Virus record (IMG/VR): IMGVR_UViG_3300020450_000018
Span: 8,177 to 72,176 of that record
Strand: one strand, 5' to 3'
Origin: a virus
DNA length: 64,000 nt
The notes beneath the pieces are model-generated. The model saw only the letters and a program-made list of their open reading frames with translations. It made no database searches and was not told the origin of the DNA. Positions 29,033-39,053 of this stretch are shown in pieces. Numbering within the stretch: the first letter of the stretch is position 1; each line of letters starts with the position of its first letter. The position numbers were made by a program, and so were the translations under genes.

Positions 29033-32000
29033 TTAGAATGCAGCGACTGCACGAATATCTTGAATCTTAGGAACGAATGAAGGATCAACACCAAGCATTA
29101 CAATTTTGATTGCAAATGATGAATATTCCTCAATATCAGATACACTATATTTCAAATCCTGATAAGAAGATTGTTTCTCAACAACACTTGAAATAGAATT
29201 TTCTGTGGTTGCTAATTCTAATGTATCGGGTTCTCCATTTTCATTAAACAATACCCAATCAATATCCTCAAAGTTTTCTTGACTAGATGCTTTTTTAAAT
29301 TTGTATAGAACTTGAATATTAGCAATGTCTTTAACATTTGCCATTAAGTGCACATCAATAGCAGTTGCTGGATTGCTAATAACAATTTCCTTAGTTACAT
29401 ACTTAGCTATTGCAGAACCATTCTTAGAAGTATTCTCAGGAACAAAATCAATACCATTAGTGTAAGTAATTTTACCTACCTCTAAATAGTTTGCCTCCTC
29501 GTCTGGTTGATTAGGATATTTGATAAAGTCTCCTACACGGAAGATGTCTGCAATTTGATCACCAACAACAGCATTTCTATTGTATAAAACATTATCAATA
29601 ATTCTATCTGTATAATTATCATTGATCGGATTTACATCTACCCTAGCAGTTAATTCTTGAGTTTGACTATTCCAGATAACTGCCTTACCAGTGATAGTAT
29701 TGTCATATGTCTCAAGAATCACAGAGGGATTTCTTGCTACAATAGTTGCACCGTCATCAATAGATGCAAATACCTGTGATGGATTAGAATCAACAGTAAC
29801 ATTTGTTAATTGAGATTGATTACCTAAAGAAACAACTTCTCCTTTCTGGAAGAACTGACTTGTCTTAACCCTAACATATACAACTTGACCATTAACTCTA
29901 GCAATAGTTCCAGTTGTCTTAGATGTTTGTCCCTCAATTGTTTGGTTAGCTTGTAGTTCAGTTCCTGCATTACCAGCAAGTTCAAACTGATATACTGGGA
30001 AGAATTCAATTATTTGATCTCTCCTACCAAACCTATTCTCTTCTCCTTTTGCATTTTCTATTCTATTGCTTACAGTCTTAACAGATGCACTGGAGAGATC
30101 AATGATTGGAGATAAGTTACTAGAAGTAGAAGATAGTTGCATCTTGTAAGTTAGAGATCTTTGTAAACTATTCAAAGTCTCATTGATCTCAGATGCAATC
30201 ATCTTTTGATTTGTGAAGTAATGTGGTTCATTCAAGAATGTTCTTTCATATTCTGCCTGTGAATATGAAGTATAATTTGTTGTAGAAGAATCCACAGGAA
30301 CTACGTTTGTAGTTTGTACAGAAACATCAAGAGAGGTTCCTGTAAATGTTAGATAATGAATTTGTGGGTATAAAGTTTCAAACTTTCTATTGTGACTTGC
30401 ATACACAGAAGTACCACCACCAACAGAGTTTCCTGCAGCTTGAGATGGAAAAAGAATATTATAAGAATCAACACCAGAGTTGGTTACCTTAAATAGATTA
30501 CTGTTAATAGTAGATGCAGTAATACCACCAGTCTCAACAGCGGTTCTATAGAAAACATAAGATTTACCACTATCTTCAAAACCATTATCTCTATGATTTA
30601 CTTTGATAACAGCGTTATTATTTTTAAATAGACTAGATGTAGAGGCAGAATTAGAACTTGCATTTGTTTCTATAGGATTTGCATCTAGGAGTTCATATCC
30701 AAGATCAACATTTTTAAGAAGAAGTTCTGCTGGTCTAGATGTATTAAATTCTGCACGATATAATATGAATTTAAGATCTTCAAATATATCCTCAGTCCAA
30801 CTCTCAGTGTTTTGTGATCGGTAAACCGAACCTAATGATGGTTGGGTGGTGATGACCGTACTTGTTGCTATATCGGTTTCTCCTAATTTAGATACCCAAA
30901 GTTCATAATCAGTGGAGTCTGTTTCTACCACCAATGCATATTCAGTGTCGTTCTGTAAGTATACAGGATAATCAAATGCAAAGTGTGTAGGTGTTGTAGA
31001 ATTTGTTATTTCACCAGCATCAACTGCTACTCCCATTCTAACTGATGGAGTATCAATCTCAATAAATGTTTGAATTTCACATCCACCAGCTCCATTTCCT
31101 ACACCTTTTACAACCACAGATGGTGCCTCTGTATATCCAAAACCAGATAGTGATATCTCAGCATTATAAATCTGACCACCAGAAACTTCTATACTTGCTG
31201 TAGCAGTAGATCCGCCAGGTAATTGTGGACTCTCAACTGTAAGAATAGCACTGTCATAATTTTGACCAGTGTTGGTAATTCTCATTCTAGAAACTTTACC
31301 ACTATCTTTTGCGATAGAAAGAACTAAGTCAGTATTGTTTAATGCATTTGCTTCTGTAACAGATGGGATAATTAAATCCTCATTTTGCACAAAAGATTTA
31401 CCATTATGATTGCTAAGAACAATTGTGTATACTTGCTCATTTGTAAGACTAAATTTACCAGATGCAGTAGCGACTAGTTTTACATTATTTTTATCAAAAA
31501 TTTCAAGAATAGGACCTGATGCAGCAGAAGATGCACCTGTTACGTTCTCACCTACAAATACGGATACGTTACCACTAGCAAAACATTTTAAGAAGGTATT
31601 TGGAGATAGAGTTTTTTCAGAACCAGGCACAATATTTTTAGCTGGTTTTTCTGCATCTACATTAGAAATGTAAGTTTTAATTGGGATGTTAGTACTCTTC
31701 TTATTAAAATAAAGATCAACACCAGTTACAAAACATCCACCATCTAAATTCTCTACCTTAAATGTTTGTGCAAGAGGATTAGGTCTTACAGGATTGTCAG
31801 TATTACTTTCAATTAATTGAATACCCTCGTTAGATTTGAAGATAGATGGTTTTGTAGATACGATGCTAGATGGATTTTCTGGGAGAAGACCAGTAGCATA
31901 GTATTTAATTTCTGTGTAACTATCAACTTGATCCTTAGTTTCATTAGTTGCACTAGAGGTGAATCTAAATGTTAATATACCAGAGGTAATTGATACCTCT

Positions 32001-35000
32001 TCAGCAGAAGTATCATATGGTAATGTGTCCACATCACCAGACCAAGTTGCATTTTCAAGTGGTGGATTTCCTGCTGGTACGACAATCAACCCACTAGCGT
32101 TACCATATTCATCTGTGGTAATTTCACCATTAAATGCAGATAAAGAGTTACCAGCAATACCAGTAAATCTTAGATCAGGATTAACCCAACGACCAATATC
32201 TCTTCCTTCTAAGAAGACATATAATTTTGTGTTGGGTTTCATTCTCCTAACCACATATCTAACAGGAATACTTCTAGCAAAGAATGCTAATGAAGTTGAG
32301 ACTAGACTTTCGCCAATACTCTTAGTTTTAATTCCTTTTCCAACTTCATTATTTTGAGGACTAATATTAGATGTGCTTCCTACAGATGCATTAGTGACAG
32401 AAGTTACAGCTTGTTGTGTATTGACATTACCTAATGAATTAATTGTAGTAAATGAAGTAGATGTACCTACCCAATTCACAACAAATGAATTGAATAGACT
32501 TGAAAAACTCTCTTTTACATTTTCTTTTGCTAGGAAAATATTGAACAGATCTGTATTAGTATCAACCACCAATGGTTCTTCAGTTTGATCGTACCAATGA
32601 TCAATAGATGGTGAGATTTCACCATCACCAACATACTGTAGAACAACAAATGGATTTGGATTTAAAGTCTTAGATGCAAAATCATTACCTAACAAATTTA
32701 AAGGAGAGAAAGGCAAAGTTACCATATCTCCAGATTTTTTGTAACCAGAAACTGCTCTCTGATCTTCTCTTACATTAACCTCTTCTAAATTTACAGAATC
32801 TTCTTTTGCTTGAGGACGTAGGACACTTTGCTGACTGTCCACTGCACATCTGTAGTCAAGAGATTGTAAGTTACCCACTAAATGTGCTTCAAAATTATCC
32901 ACAAAGAAACCAGACTTAAATCTATCAAGACCAATCTCATCCTTGACTTGCATATTAAGGGCTTGTTGTTCTAAGATGCTAAGTGTAGTATAGTATTCTA
33001 ATCTCTCAATACGTTTTTCTAGTTTACCAATATCACGCATTGTATAACGACGATTATCTACTGGTGTAATTCTTACATCTTTTGTTGTTTTAGTAAATGC
33101 AGGAATGTATGCATAGAAAAGAGGTACAGCATCATCAATAGGATCTGGTTTGCTTGGATTGAGAGAAGAGTTACCTTCTTTAACTATAAACTGACCTTTA
33201 TTATCTAAGAAAATACCATCAATACGATCTAAGTATTGTATTTGACTGAAGGAAAATGTAAATTCAAGATTTGAATCAGGAGCTGGTGTGCTTGACAATA
33301 CAGCACCAGAACCAGCAAAAGATCCAGCAGTTGTTTCTAGAGAAGCAATGTTGAGGAAACCAGGAATGATAGCATCACTATCTACTTTAGGTCTAAAATC
33401 AATTGCATTTTTAAGTTCTAAGTTTCCATGTACGGAAGAATTGAAAGAAGGAATCTCATCTTCTGGAACTCCTGCTTCATGTAAATAACTGTCTATAGTT
33501 ACAAAATCACCTTGAGATTGTTCAAAGTAATCAAATGCAATTAATAATTGTCCAGCTGCAGGTTCAAAACCTGGTTTCAATACGATTCTAGAAACATCGT
33601 ACAATGTATCTCTTTGACCATTATCAAATGTATATCTCGCAGTAACATCAGTTCCAGAAATTAAATTACCAGCTGTGTCTACATCAGGTGCTTGAGAGGA
33701 TGTTCCTTCGTAGATATATCTCAATCTAAAAGCATCAGCATATGATAAAGTCTCTACAATTTCTGTATCAAAATCTTGTCCTCTAAACGGTACAATACGA
33801 TCACCAGCAGAGGCGATAACAATTCTCTTATTTCTTACTGCAGTTTTAAGTCTTGGTTTTGCATTAGATACTTCTAATGTAGCAGTCAATTTTAATTTAG
33901 GGAATGTACCATTAGTAGGAATATTTCCAAAATATGATGATGGCAACTGTAAACTAATACTACCAGATGTAAGACCACTTGCAGTATCAGTGGCAGATGT
34001 GATTTCTACAGAATCCTCAGAGACAAAAACAATATCACCTTTTACAATGTCAGGTGAATCGCCAGGATCTAAAACTGTAATAATAAAGTTATTTTCACTA
34101 TAAGCTGCAAATCTTTGTGTACCGAATGGTAATTGTGCAGCAAATGTAATTGTACCACCACCAGAGGATGCAGTGGTTACAAAATCTCTACGGAAGAAAT
34201 ATTTAATTTTACTATCCTCACCACCAGCAGATATTTGAGATACTTGTTTACTACCAGTTGGGAATAATAATGTTCCTGAGTTGGTGTTTTCTACTTTAGG
34301 ACGTAAACGAACAATACTTGTATTTGTGACATCGCCAGGCAAAACAGTATCTAGATAGACTCTAGACTTAGAAGATCCCTCTTGTTTTGTGGCAAACTGT
34401 ACTATTGCACGAACTAAGTTGTTTGAATCGTCAGAAAATTGCACAAGATCTCCTTGCTGTAATAAGATAGATGCATCAGCACTGAAACTTGTAGACTCAA
34501 TAAAATTAGATCCTTGTGAACCAAAAAATGTAAAATTTGTTACTGCTTTTATTTCTGAGTTAACCTGACTATCTACAACAACATCTGCAGAGAAAGAGTT
34601 AGAGTTTCCAGAACCATAAGAGCAACCAATAGATTTAACATTTTGTGGAGTGTATGTTGTAACTGTATTTCTAAACAGAATAGGTACAACAGCAGCTGCT
34701 GAACTAGGAGCAGATGCACCATCAGGAGATTTTACAGTAACAGCTGGTGGTTGTGCATACTCAATACTTACTGCTCTTCTATTAACAATAGTTGCATTAT
34801 AAATGTTACCTGCAATAGTCTTACCCAAATCAATTTTTGATGCATCAAACTCAAGACCGTTGATTAGTAAAGAACAACCGTCAGCATATCCTAGACCTCT
34901 ATTTTGTACAACAAAATGTGAGATTGTATTATCTTTTGCGATCTTTACAGTATTTCCATCTTCATCTCTAATTGTCTCACCAGATTGGAATTTACCAGAT

Positions 35001-37129
35001 AAAGTCTTAATGAATAAAATTCTTCCTGTACTATAAACACCAGCTGATGATCCTTCCACAACACCATATGCATCACTATCAATACCAAATACATACTTAC
35101 CCTCATCAAATGCATTAGCACCTGAAGGGATAGATTCTAAGATAATTTTAGTAAAGAACTGAGGATCAAAATATGAATAACCAAATGTAGTATTATATGC
35201 AGATGTTCCTGCTTCTAAACGACCTTTTGATAATACAATATCAGAATCAGAATTAAAACCAGATCCTCTACTTTTTAAGAAAAAGTTGCTTGGTTTTGTC
35301 TTACCAATAACAGGAGTAATAATTTCAGAGTAATCTACAATAAATCCAAACTCATCGTTTCCTGCAGCAGCATCAGCTTCTGTTAGATAAATTTTTCTCT
35401 TAAACTCACTATCAGATAAATCATATTCTAATGCAAGTAGTTCTAATTCACTCTTATTACCAAATACTGTTAATTCTAAAAATTGCACAGATTCAGATGA
35501 ATTAATTAATGGTTTGTTTGACGTTGCAAAAGATAAAGTTTTGAAAGAACTGATTGCAGTTGGTGTTCCTACATCACTTCTAGTTTTAATATAGAACAAT
35601 TCACCAAATTGAGTCTGGAATGTAGAATCTGTTACAGCACCAATAAGAGTTGTAGTATTAGTAATCTGTAGAGTAATGGTTTTGATTCCATCATCAGTAT
35701 TAAAAATTTTACCTCTTCTATCAATAGTTTGTCTATGATCAGTTGGTAACTCTGTATTGTTTAATCCAATAGATCCATCGTTAAAGGTAGCATACAAGAA
35801 TACATCTGGGTATGCAGTTAATTCGGATCCTTCTTTGTTTAGAGGAACACTACCAAAAACATTAGTAACACTATAAGTAGGAAGACCTTTACTCTTTAGA
35901 TTTACATTATCACTGGATAAACTTTCTCTAGCTTTGTTAATTTCAAGATACTTAGTTTCTTTATTAACAATCTCATATCCTTTAATATATGCTTTGCCAG
36001 GACCAATACTGGCAACCATTTTTCTTGCTGCTTCAGAAGCATTCTTTCCATTAAAGAGACCAAACTCATCAACACCGTAGATACCTCTATTACCATCTTT
36101 CTGTGCCCACTCTCTAATATCTACAGAAAAATTATCTACAACATAATCTCCAGACTCATCAAAAGTTCTACGAGCTAATGTTTGTTCTAAAACACTGAAA
36201 TCTGTAGAGGAAATTTTACTCTGAATTTGACCTCTAGAGACACTTAGTAATTGGATAAAATTCTTATCAGTAATTGCATTTAGAGCGAACTCTTTTAACT
36301 CTAAACTAATTTTTAATCTATGTGCGCCTGGTGCAGTATAGTTTGCAGACCCAATAGAATTGTCATATAAACTTGCATCCTCTTCTGGTGTTATAACTTC
36401 TTCCTTAATTGTAAAACCTACCTTTGCAGATGGTTTGTTAAAATATTCATCAATAACAAGTAATGCCTCGTCATTACGAACAAAGTAACCATTTACAAAG
36501 TAAATACCCTCTTCTACTTTTACAGCAGAACCAAATCCCATTGCAGGACTTTCTAAAGATGTTACCTCTCCTGTATCAGGATTAGTAATCTCAATACTAG
36601 TAGGAAGAACACTACCATCTGTCCCTACAACTAGCAAAGGAGTATTGACACCATCAACTACCTCTAGAGTCTCACCCTGTCTAAAAGTAGTCTCAGTATT
36701 GGAATTACCACTATTAATGTAATTAACAAACAAAGTATCTGCAGAAGATTCAGTTGCTAACTTTGTTGAAAGAATGGTTCCGATGACGCCAGAGGTAAGA
36801 CCTACAACCTGTTGTCCTACTAATTGAGTAATATCATATTTCTTAAAAACAATATCGTCTCCCTCTGAGACAGCGACCTCAGAAACAGACGATAATTTTA
36901 CGTAATCTAATTTTGTGTTAAGACCTACCTCGCCAGGAATTACAAGTTCACCTTGCTTGAATGCGTATTTTCCAAAATTCTCAATCTGATTCTGTAGAAT
37001 AGATTGTACTTGCGTTAATTCCCTACTTTGAATAGAGTAGCCAGGACGGAATAGAATCTTATAAAAATTCTTACTCGCGTCAAAGTCCTCGTAATAAGGA
37101 GTTACATTTAGGTTTGTCTTCTGAGGCAT
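29033..37129 (-). CDS. VrlC-like (DUF4815) large virion structural protein
   Basis: TNLNVTPYYEDFD..KNFYKILFRPG..QSRELTQ.QSILQNQ, APGAHRLKI, LARRTFDESGDY, YTMRDIGKLEKRI, DRFKSGFFVDNF, PLAQTF; late promoter CTAAATA at 37166-37172. Confidence 0.88.
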   Translation of the reverse strand: MPQKTNLNVTPYYEDFDASKNFYKILFRPGYSIQSRELTQVQSILQNQIENFGKYAFKQGELVIPGEVGLNTKLDYVKLSSVSEVAVSEGDDIVFKKYDITQLVGQQVVGLTSGVIGTILSTKLATESSADTLFVNYINSGNSNTETTFRQGETLEVVDGVNTPLLVVGTDGSVLPTSIEITNPDTGEVTSLESPAMGFGSAVKVEEGIYFVNGYFVRNDEALLVIDEYFNKPSAKVGFTIKEEVITPEEDASLYDNSIGSANYTAPGAHRLKISLELKEFALNAITDKNFIQLLSVSRGQIQSKISSTDFSVLEQTLARRTFDESGDYVVDNFSVDIREWAQKDGNRGIYGVDEFGLFNGKNASEAARKMVASIGPGKAYIKGYEIVNKETKYLEINKARESLSSDNVNLKSKGLPTYSVTNVFGSVPLNKEGSELTAYPDVFLYATFNDGSIGLNNTELPTDHRQTIDRRGKIFNTDDGIKTITLQITNTTTLIGAVTDSTFQTQFGELFYIKTRSDVGTPTAISSFKTLSFATSNKPLINSSESVQFLELTVFGNKSELELLALEYDLSDSEFKRKIYLTEADAAAGNDEFGFIVDYSEIITPVIGKTKPSNFFLKSRGSGFNSDSDIVLSKGRLEAGTSAYNTTFGYSYFDPQFFTKIILESIPSGANAFDEGKYVFGIDSDAYGVVEGSSAGVYSTGRILFIKTLSGKFQSGETIRDEDGNTVKIAKDNTISHFVVQNRGLGYADGCSLLINGLEFDASKIDLGKTIAGNIYNATIVNRRAVSIEYAQPPAVTVKSPDGASAPSSAAAVVPILFRNTVTTYTPQNVKSIGCSYGSGNSNSFSADVVVDSQVNSEIKAVTNFTFFGSQGSNFIESTSFSADASILLQQGDLVQFSDDSNNLVRAIVQFATKQEGSSKSRVYLDTVLPGDVTNTSIVRLRPKVENTNSGTLLFPTGSKQVSQISAGGEDSKIKYFFRRDFVTTASSGGGTITFAAQLPFGTQRFAAYSENNFIITVLDPGDSPDIVKGDIVFVSEDSVEITSATDTASGLTSGSISLQLPSSYFGNIPTNGTFPKLKLTATLEVSNAKPRLKTAVRNKRIVIASAGDRIVPFRGQDFDTEIVETLSYADAFRLRYIYEGTSSQAPDVDTAGNLISGTDVTARYTFDNGQRDTLYDVSRIVLKPGFEPAAGQLLIAFDYFEQSQGDFVTIDSYLHEAGVPEDEIPSFNSSVHGNLELKNAIDFRPKVDSDAIIPGFLNIASLETTAGSFAGSGAVLSSTPAPDSNLEFTFSFSQIQYLDRIDGIFLDNKGQFIVKEGNSSLNPSKPDPIDDAVPLFYAYIPAFTKTTKDVRITPVDNRRYTMRDIGKLEKRIERLEYYTTLSILEQQALNMQVKDEIGLDRFKSGFFVDNFEAHLVGNLQSLDYRCAVDSQQSVLRPQAKEDSVNLEEVNVREDQRAVSGYKKSGDMVTLPFSPLNLLGNDFASKTLNPNPFVVLQYVGDGEISPSIDHWYDQTEEPLVVDTNTDLFNIFLAKENVKESFSSLFNSFVVNWVGTSTSFTTINSLGNVNTQQAVTSVTNASVGSTSNISPQNNEVGKGIKTKSIGESLVSTSLAFFARSIPVRYVVRRMKPNTKLYVFLEGRDIGRWVNPDLRFTGIAGNSLSAFNGEITTDEYGNASGLIVVPAGNPPLENATWSGDVDTLPYDTSAEEVSITSGILTFRFTSSATNETKDQVDSYTEIKYYATGLLPENPSSIVSTKPSIFKSNEGIQLIESNTDNPVRPNPLAQTFKVENLDGGCFVTGVDLYFNKKSTNIPIKTYISNVDAEKPAKNIVPGSEKTLSPNTFLKCFASGNVSVFVGENVTGASSAASGPILEIFDKNNVKLVATASGKFSLTNEQVYTIVLSNHNGKSFVQNEDLIIPSVTEANALNNTDLVLSIAKDSGKVSRMRITNTGQNYDSAILTVESPQLPGGSTATASIEVSGGQIYNAEISLSGFGYTEAPSVVVKGVGNGAGGCEIQTFIEIDTPSVRMGVAVDAGEITNSTTPTHFAFDYPVYLQNDTEYALVVETDSTDYELWVSKLGETDIATSTVITTQPSLGSVYRSQNTESWTEDIFEDLKFILYRAEFNTSRPAELLLKNVDLGYELLDANPIETNASSNSASTSSLFKNNNAVIKVNHRDNGFEDSGKSYVFYRTAVETGGITASTINSNLFKVTNSGVDSYNILFPSQAAGNSVGGGTSVYASHNRKFETLYPQIHYLTFTGTSLDVSVQTTNVVPVDSSTTNYTSYSQAEYERTFLNEPHYFTNQKMIASEINETLNSLQRSLTYKMQLSSTSSNLSPIIDLSSASVKTVSNRIENAKGEENRFGRRDQIIEFFPVYQFELAGNAGTELQANQTIEGQTSKTTGTIARVNGQVVYVRVKTSQFFQKGEVVSLGNQSQLTNVTVDSNPSQVFASIDDGATIVARNPSVILETYDNTITGKAVIWNSQTQELTARVDVNPINDNYTDRIIDNVLYNRNAVVGDQIADIFRVGDFIKYPNQPDEEANYLEVGKITYTNGIDFVPENTSKNGSAIAKYVTKEIVISNPATAIDVHLMANVKDIANIQVLYKFKKASSQENFEDIDWVLFNENGEPDTLELATTENSISSVVEKQSSYQDLKYSVSDIEEYSSFAIKIVMLGVDPSFVPKIQDIRAVAAF

Positions 37130-37180
37130 CTTACTTCGCCAAAATACTAAGTATCTAGTCCCTAGTATTTAGCGCAGTTT

Positions 37181-38995
37181 TTAGAATTCAATAACTAACT
37201 TGATATCTTCAATCTGGTCAGGTGCACGAGTGATTAGTCTTCTGTTCTCAACATAGATGACATCACCAGAATTATTTTCAATCTCAGGCGCTGCTAAACC
37301 ACTTGCAAAAGTAACACCTAATGTTGTAGAACCATAGGATGTATCTACGTTACCAGATGCAGTAGATTGCTCTCCAGTAATAGCATTAGAACCATTAGAC
37401 TCAAACGCTCTCACAACACCATTGTCTGTATGAGCATCATTTGTTTGGATATACTTAAGAACTCCAGCAGTAGTTGAACCACTATCCAATGTCCATGATA
37501 CAACTGTACCATAAGCTGTACCACCAGTTACAGTCTGAGTAATTTTTTCATCAACTGAGTAATCTGCAGAAGCACCTGTAATTTTAACAGATTTTAATCC
37601 AGATAATGTGTCCGCAGTTGAAAATGTTGTTGTTCCCCAATTGAATGGATCAGCAATAATACCAATACGACGGAAGTCATTGTCTACTGGGAAGTCACCA
37701 GATCCCTCTGAGTATGTAAGACGGATGTTTGTCATAACACGCTTACCGTTTAGTTCTGTTTCATGATCAGAACCATGTCCACCAGTAGGAGGAAGAATAA
37801 CTTCAATAGCACCGACAGCAGATGCACCAGTTGTGACTGCAGAAGATAAACCAGAATCAGAGAATAGATTACCATTACCTAACAATACATTACCATAAGT
37901 ATAACCTGATCCACGATTTTGAATACTTGCTGAAGTGATTGTTCCAGAACCATTTGTTACGAGTTCTACGACACCATTAGATCCATCACCCTTAATGCCT
38001 GTGTATAGAGTTTGTGACGCAGGAAGACCACTTCCAGCGTCTTCAATAACTGCCACATCAACAGCACCCTCTACAGCTTGTGCTACAACAGCAGTTCTAG
38101 AAGCGTTAGCAGGAAGAACGATTGGTAAAAAGTCAGATGAAAGGAATTTTAAAACATCGTCAGTTGGAATAGTATACATATACTTCCAAATATAACCAGC
38201 ACCAGTTGTTTCTGTATAGATGCCAGTTGATGAATCATAGTTACCACCTGCAGTGCTTGGTTCTTCAGTTGCGTTCTGTCCTGTGCTATTAGAAGGACTT
38301 TCTCCATTATAGAGACATTTAAAGACTTCGTATGTGGAATTCATCACATAAAATTTTGCGTCTGCAATTGTGTTTGCACCAGTTGCAGTTTGCTTACCAA
38401 TTTGACCACCGCCACCAGGTGTAGCAGAGTAATCAGGTTTCCACATATCATACTTAGGGTTAGCAACTAGATCCCAATTATAACGACGGATAACTGTTCT
38501 TGCAAAAGCATCAGTAATACGCTTAGCTGCAATTAGTTCGTCATAAAGATTAATTTTTTCTCTCTGGTTATCAAGAGGAAGGGGAGGAACGTCTTCGGTT
38601 GCATAACGATAAACGCCAGATTTAGCAGTAGCACCTGTATCAGAACCACCAGCACCACCTGTTCTACCCTTCAGAGAAGAACCAAGAGGAGGAGCAGAGT
38701 TAACGCCATTGCTGCCAAAAACGTCGGTCAAAAGAAGGGCACTATCATAAACTTGAGCAATGGTGGCGCGGAAAGCAGTGGAACCATATGTCCCGACGTA
38801 TACCTCGTCACCAACAGCAAAAGCTGTGGAACCTTTTGAATAAATTTCTAAATATGCTTTCCAAGGTTGCGGTCTACCCACAAAGAAGTACATCCTAGAT
38901 CGTTCCGCGCTCGTATCGTTTGCGCCCTCTGTAAGTGATTCTAGGAATTGTTTCGCGTTGAAAATACGAAACTTATCAGAAATGATAGCAGCCAT
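37181..38995 (-). CDS. gp8: Baseplate wedge subunit
   Basis: MAAIISDKFRIFNA, FYVMNS.YEVFKCLYN, YIWKYMYTI, NDFRRIGII, YVENR..ITRA.DQ.EDIKLVIEF. Confidence 0.92.
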   Translation of the reverse strand: MAAIISDKFRIFNAKQFLESLTEGANDTSAERSRMYFFVGRPQPWKAYLEIYSKGSTAFAVGDEVYVGTYGSTAFRATIAQVYDSALLLTDVFGSNGVNSAPPLGSSLKGRTGGAGGSDTGATAKSGVYRYATEDVPPLPLDNQREKINLYDELIAAKRITDAFARTVIRRYNWDLVANPKYDMWKPDYSATPGGGGQIGKQTATGANTIADAKFYVMNSTYEVFKCLYNGESPSNSTGQNATEEPSTAGGNYDSSTGIYTETTGAGYIWKYMYTIPTDDVLKFLSSDFLPIVLPANASRTAVVAQAVEGAVDVAVIEDAGSGLPASQTLYTGIKGDGSNGVVELVTNGSGTITSASIQNRGSGYTYGNVLLGNGNLFSDSGLSSAVTTGASAVGAIEVILPPTGGHGSDHETELNGKRVMTNIRLTYSEGSGDFPVDNDFRRIGIIADPFNWGTTTFSTADTLSGLKSVKITGASADYSVDEKITQTVTGGTAYGTVVSWTLDSGSTTAGVLKYIQTNDAHTDNGVVRAFESNGSNAITGEQSTASGNVDTSYGSTTLGVTFASGLAAPEIENNSGDVIYVENRRLITRAPDQIEDIKLVIEF

Positions 38996-39032
38996 GGTTT
39001 TATTTGTCCAACGTTGTAGTTTGTGCCTGAGT

Positions 39033-39053
39033 TATTTATATTGTTTATTTATA
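39033..39053 (-). promoter_or_regulatory. Tandem T4-type late promoters
   Basis: TATAAATA at 39033-39040 and 39046-39053, upstream of gp8. Confidence 0.7.
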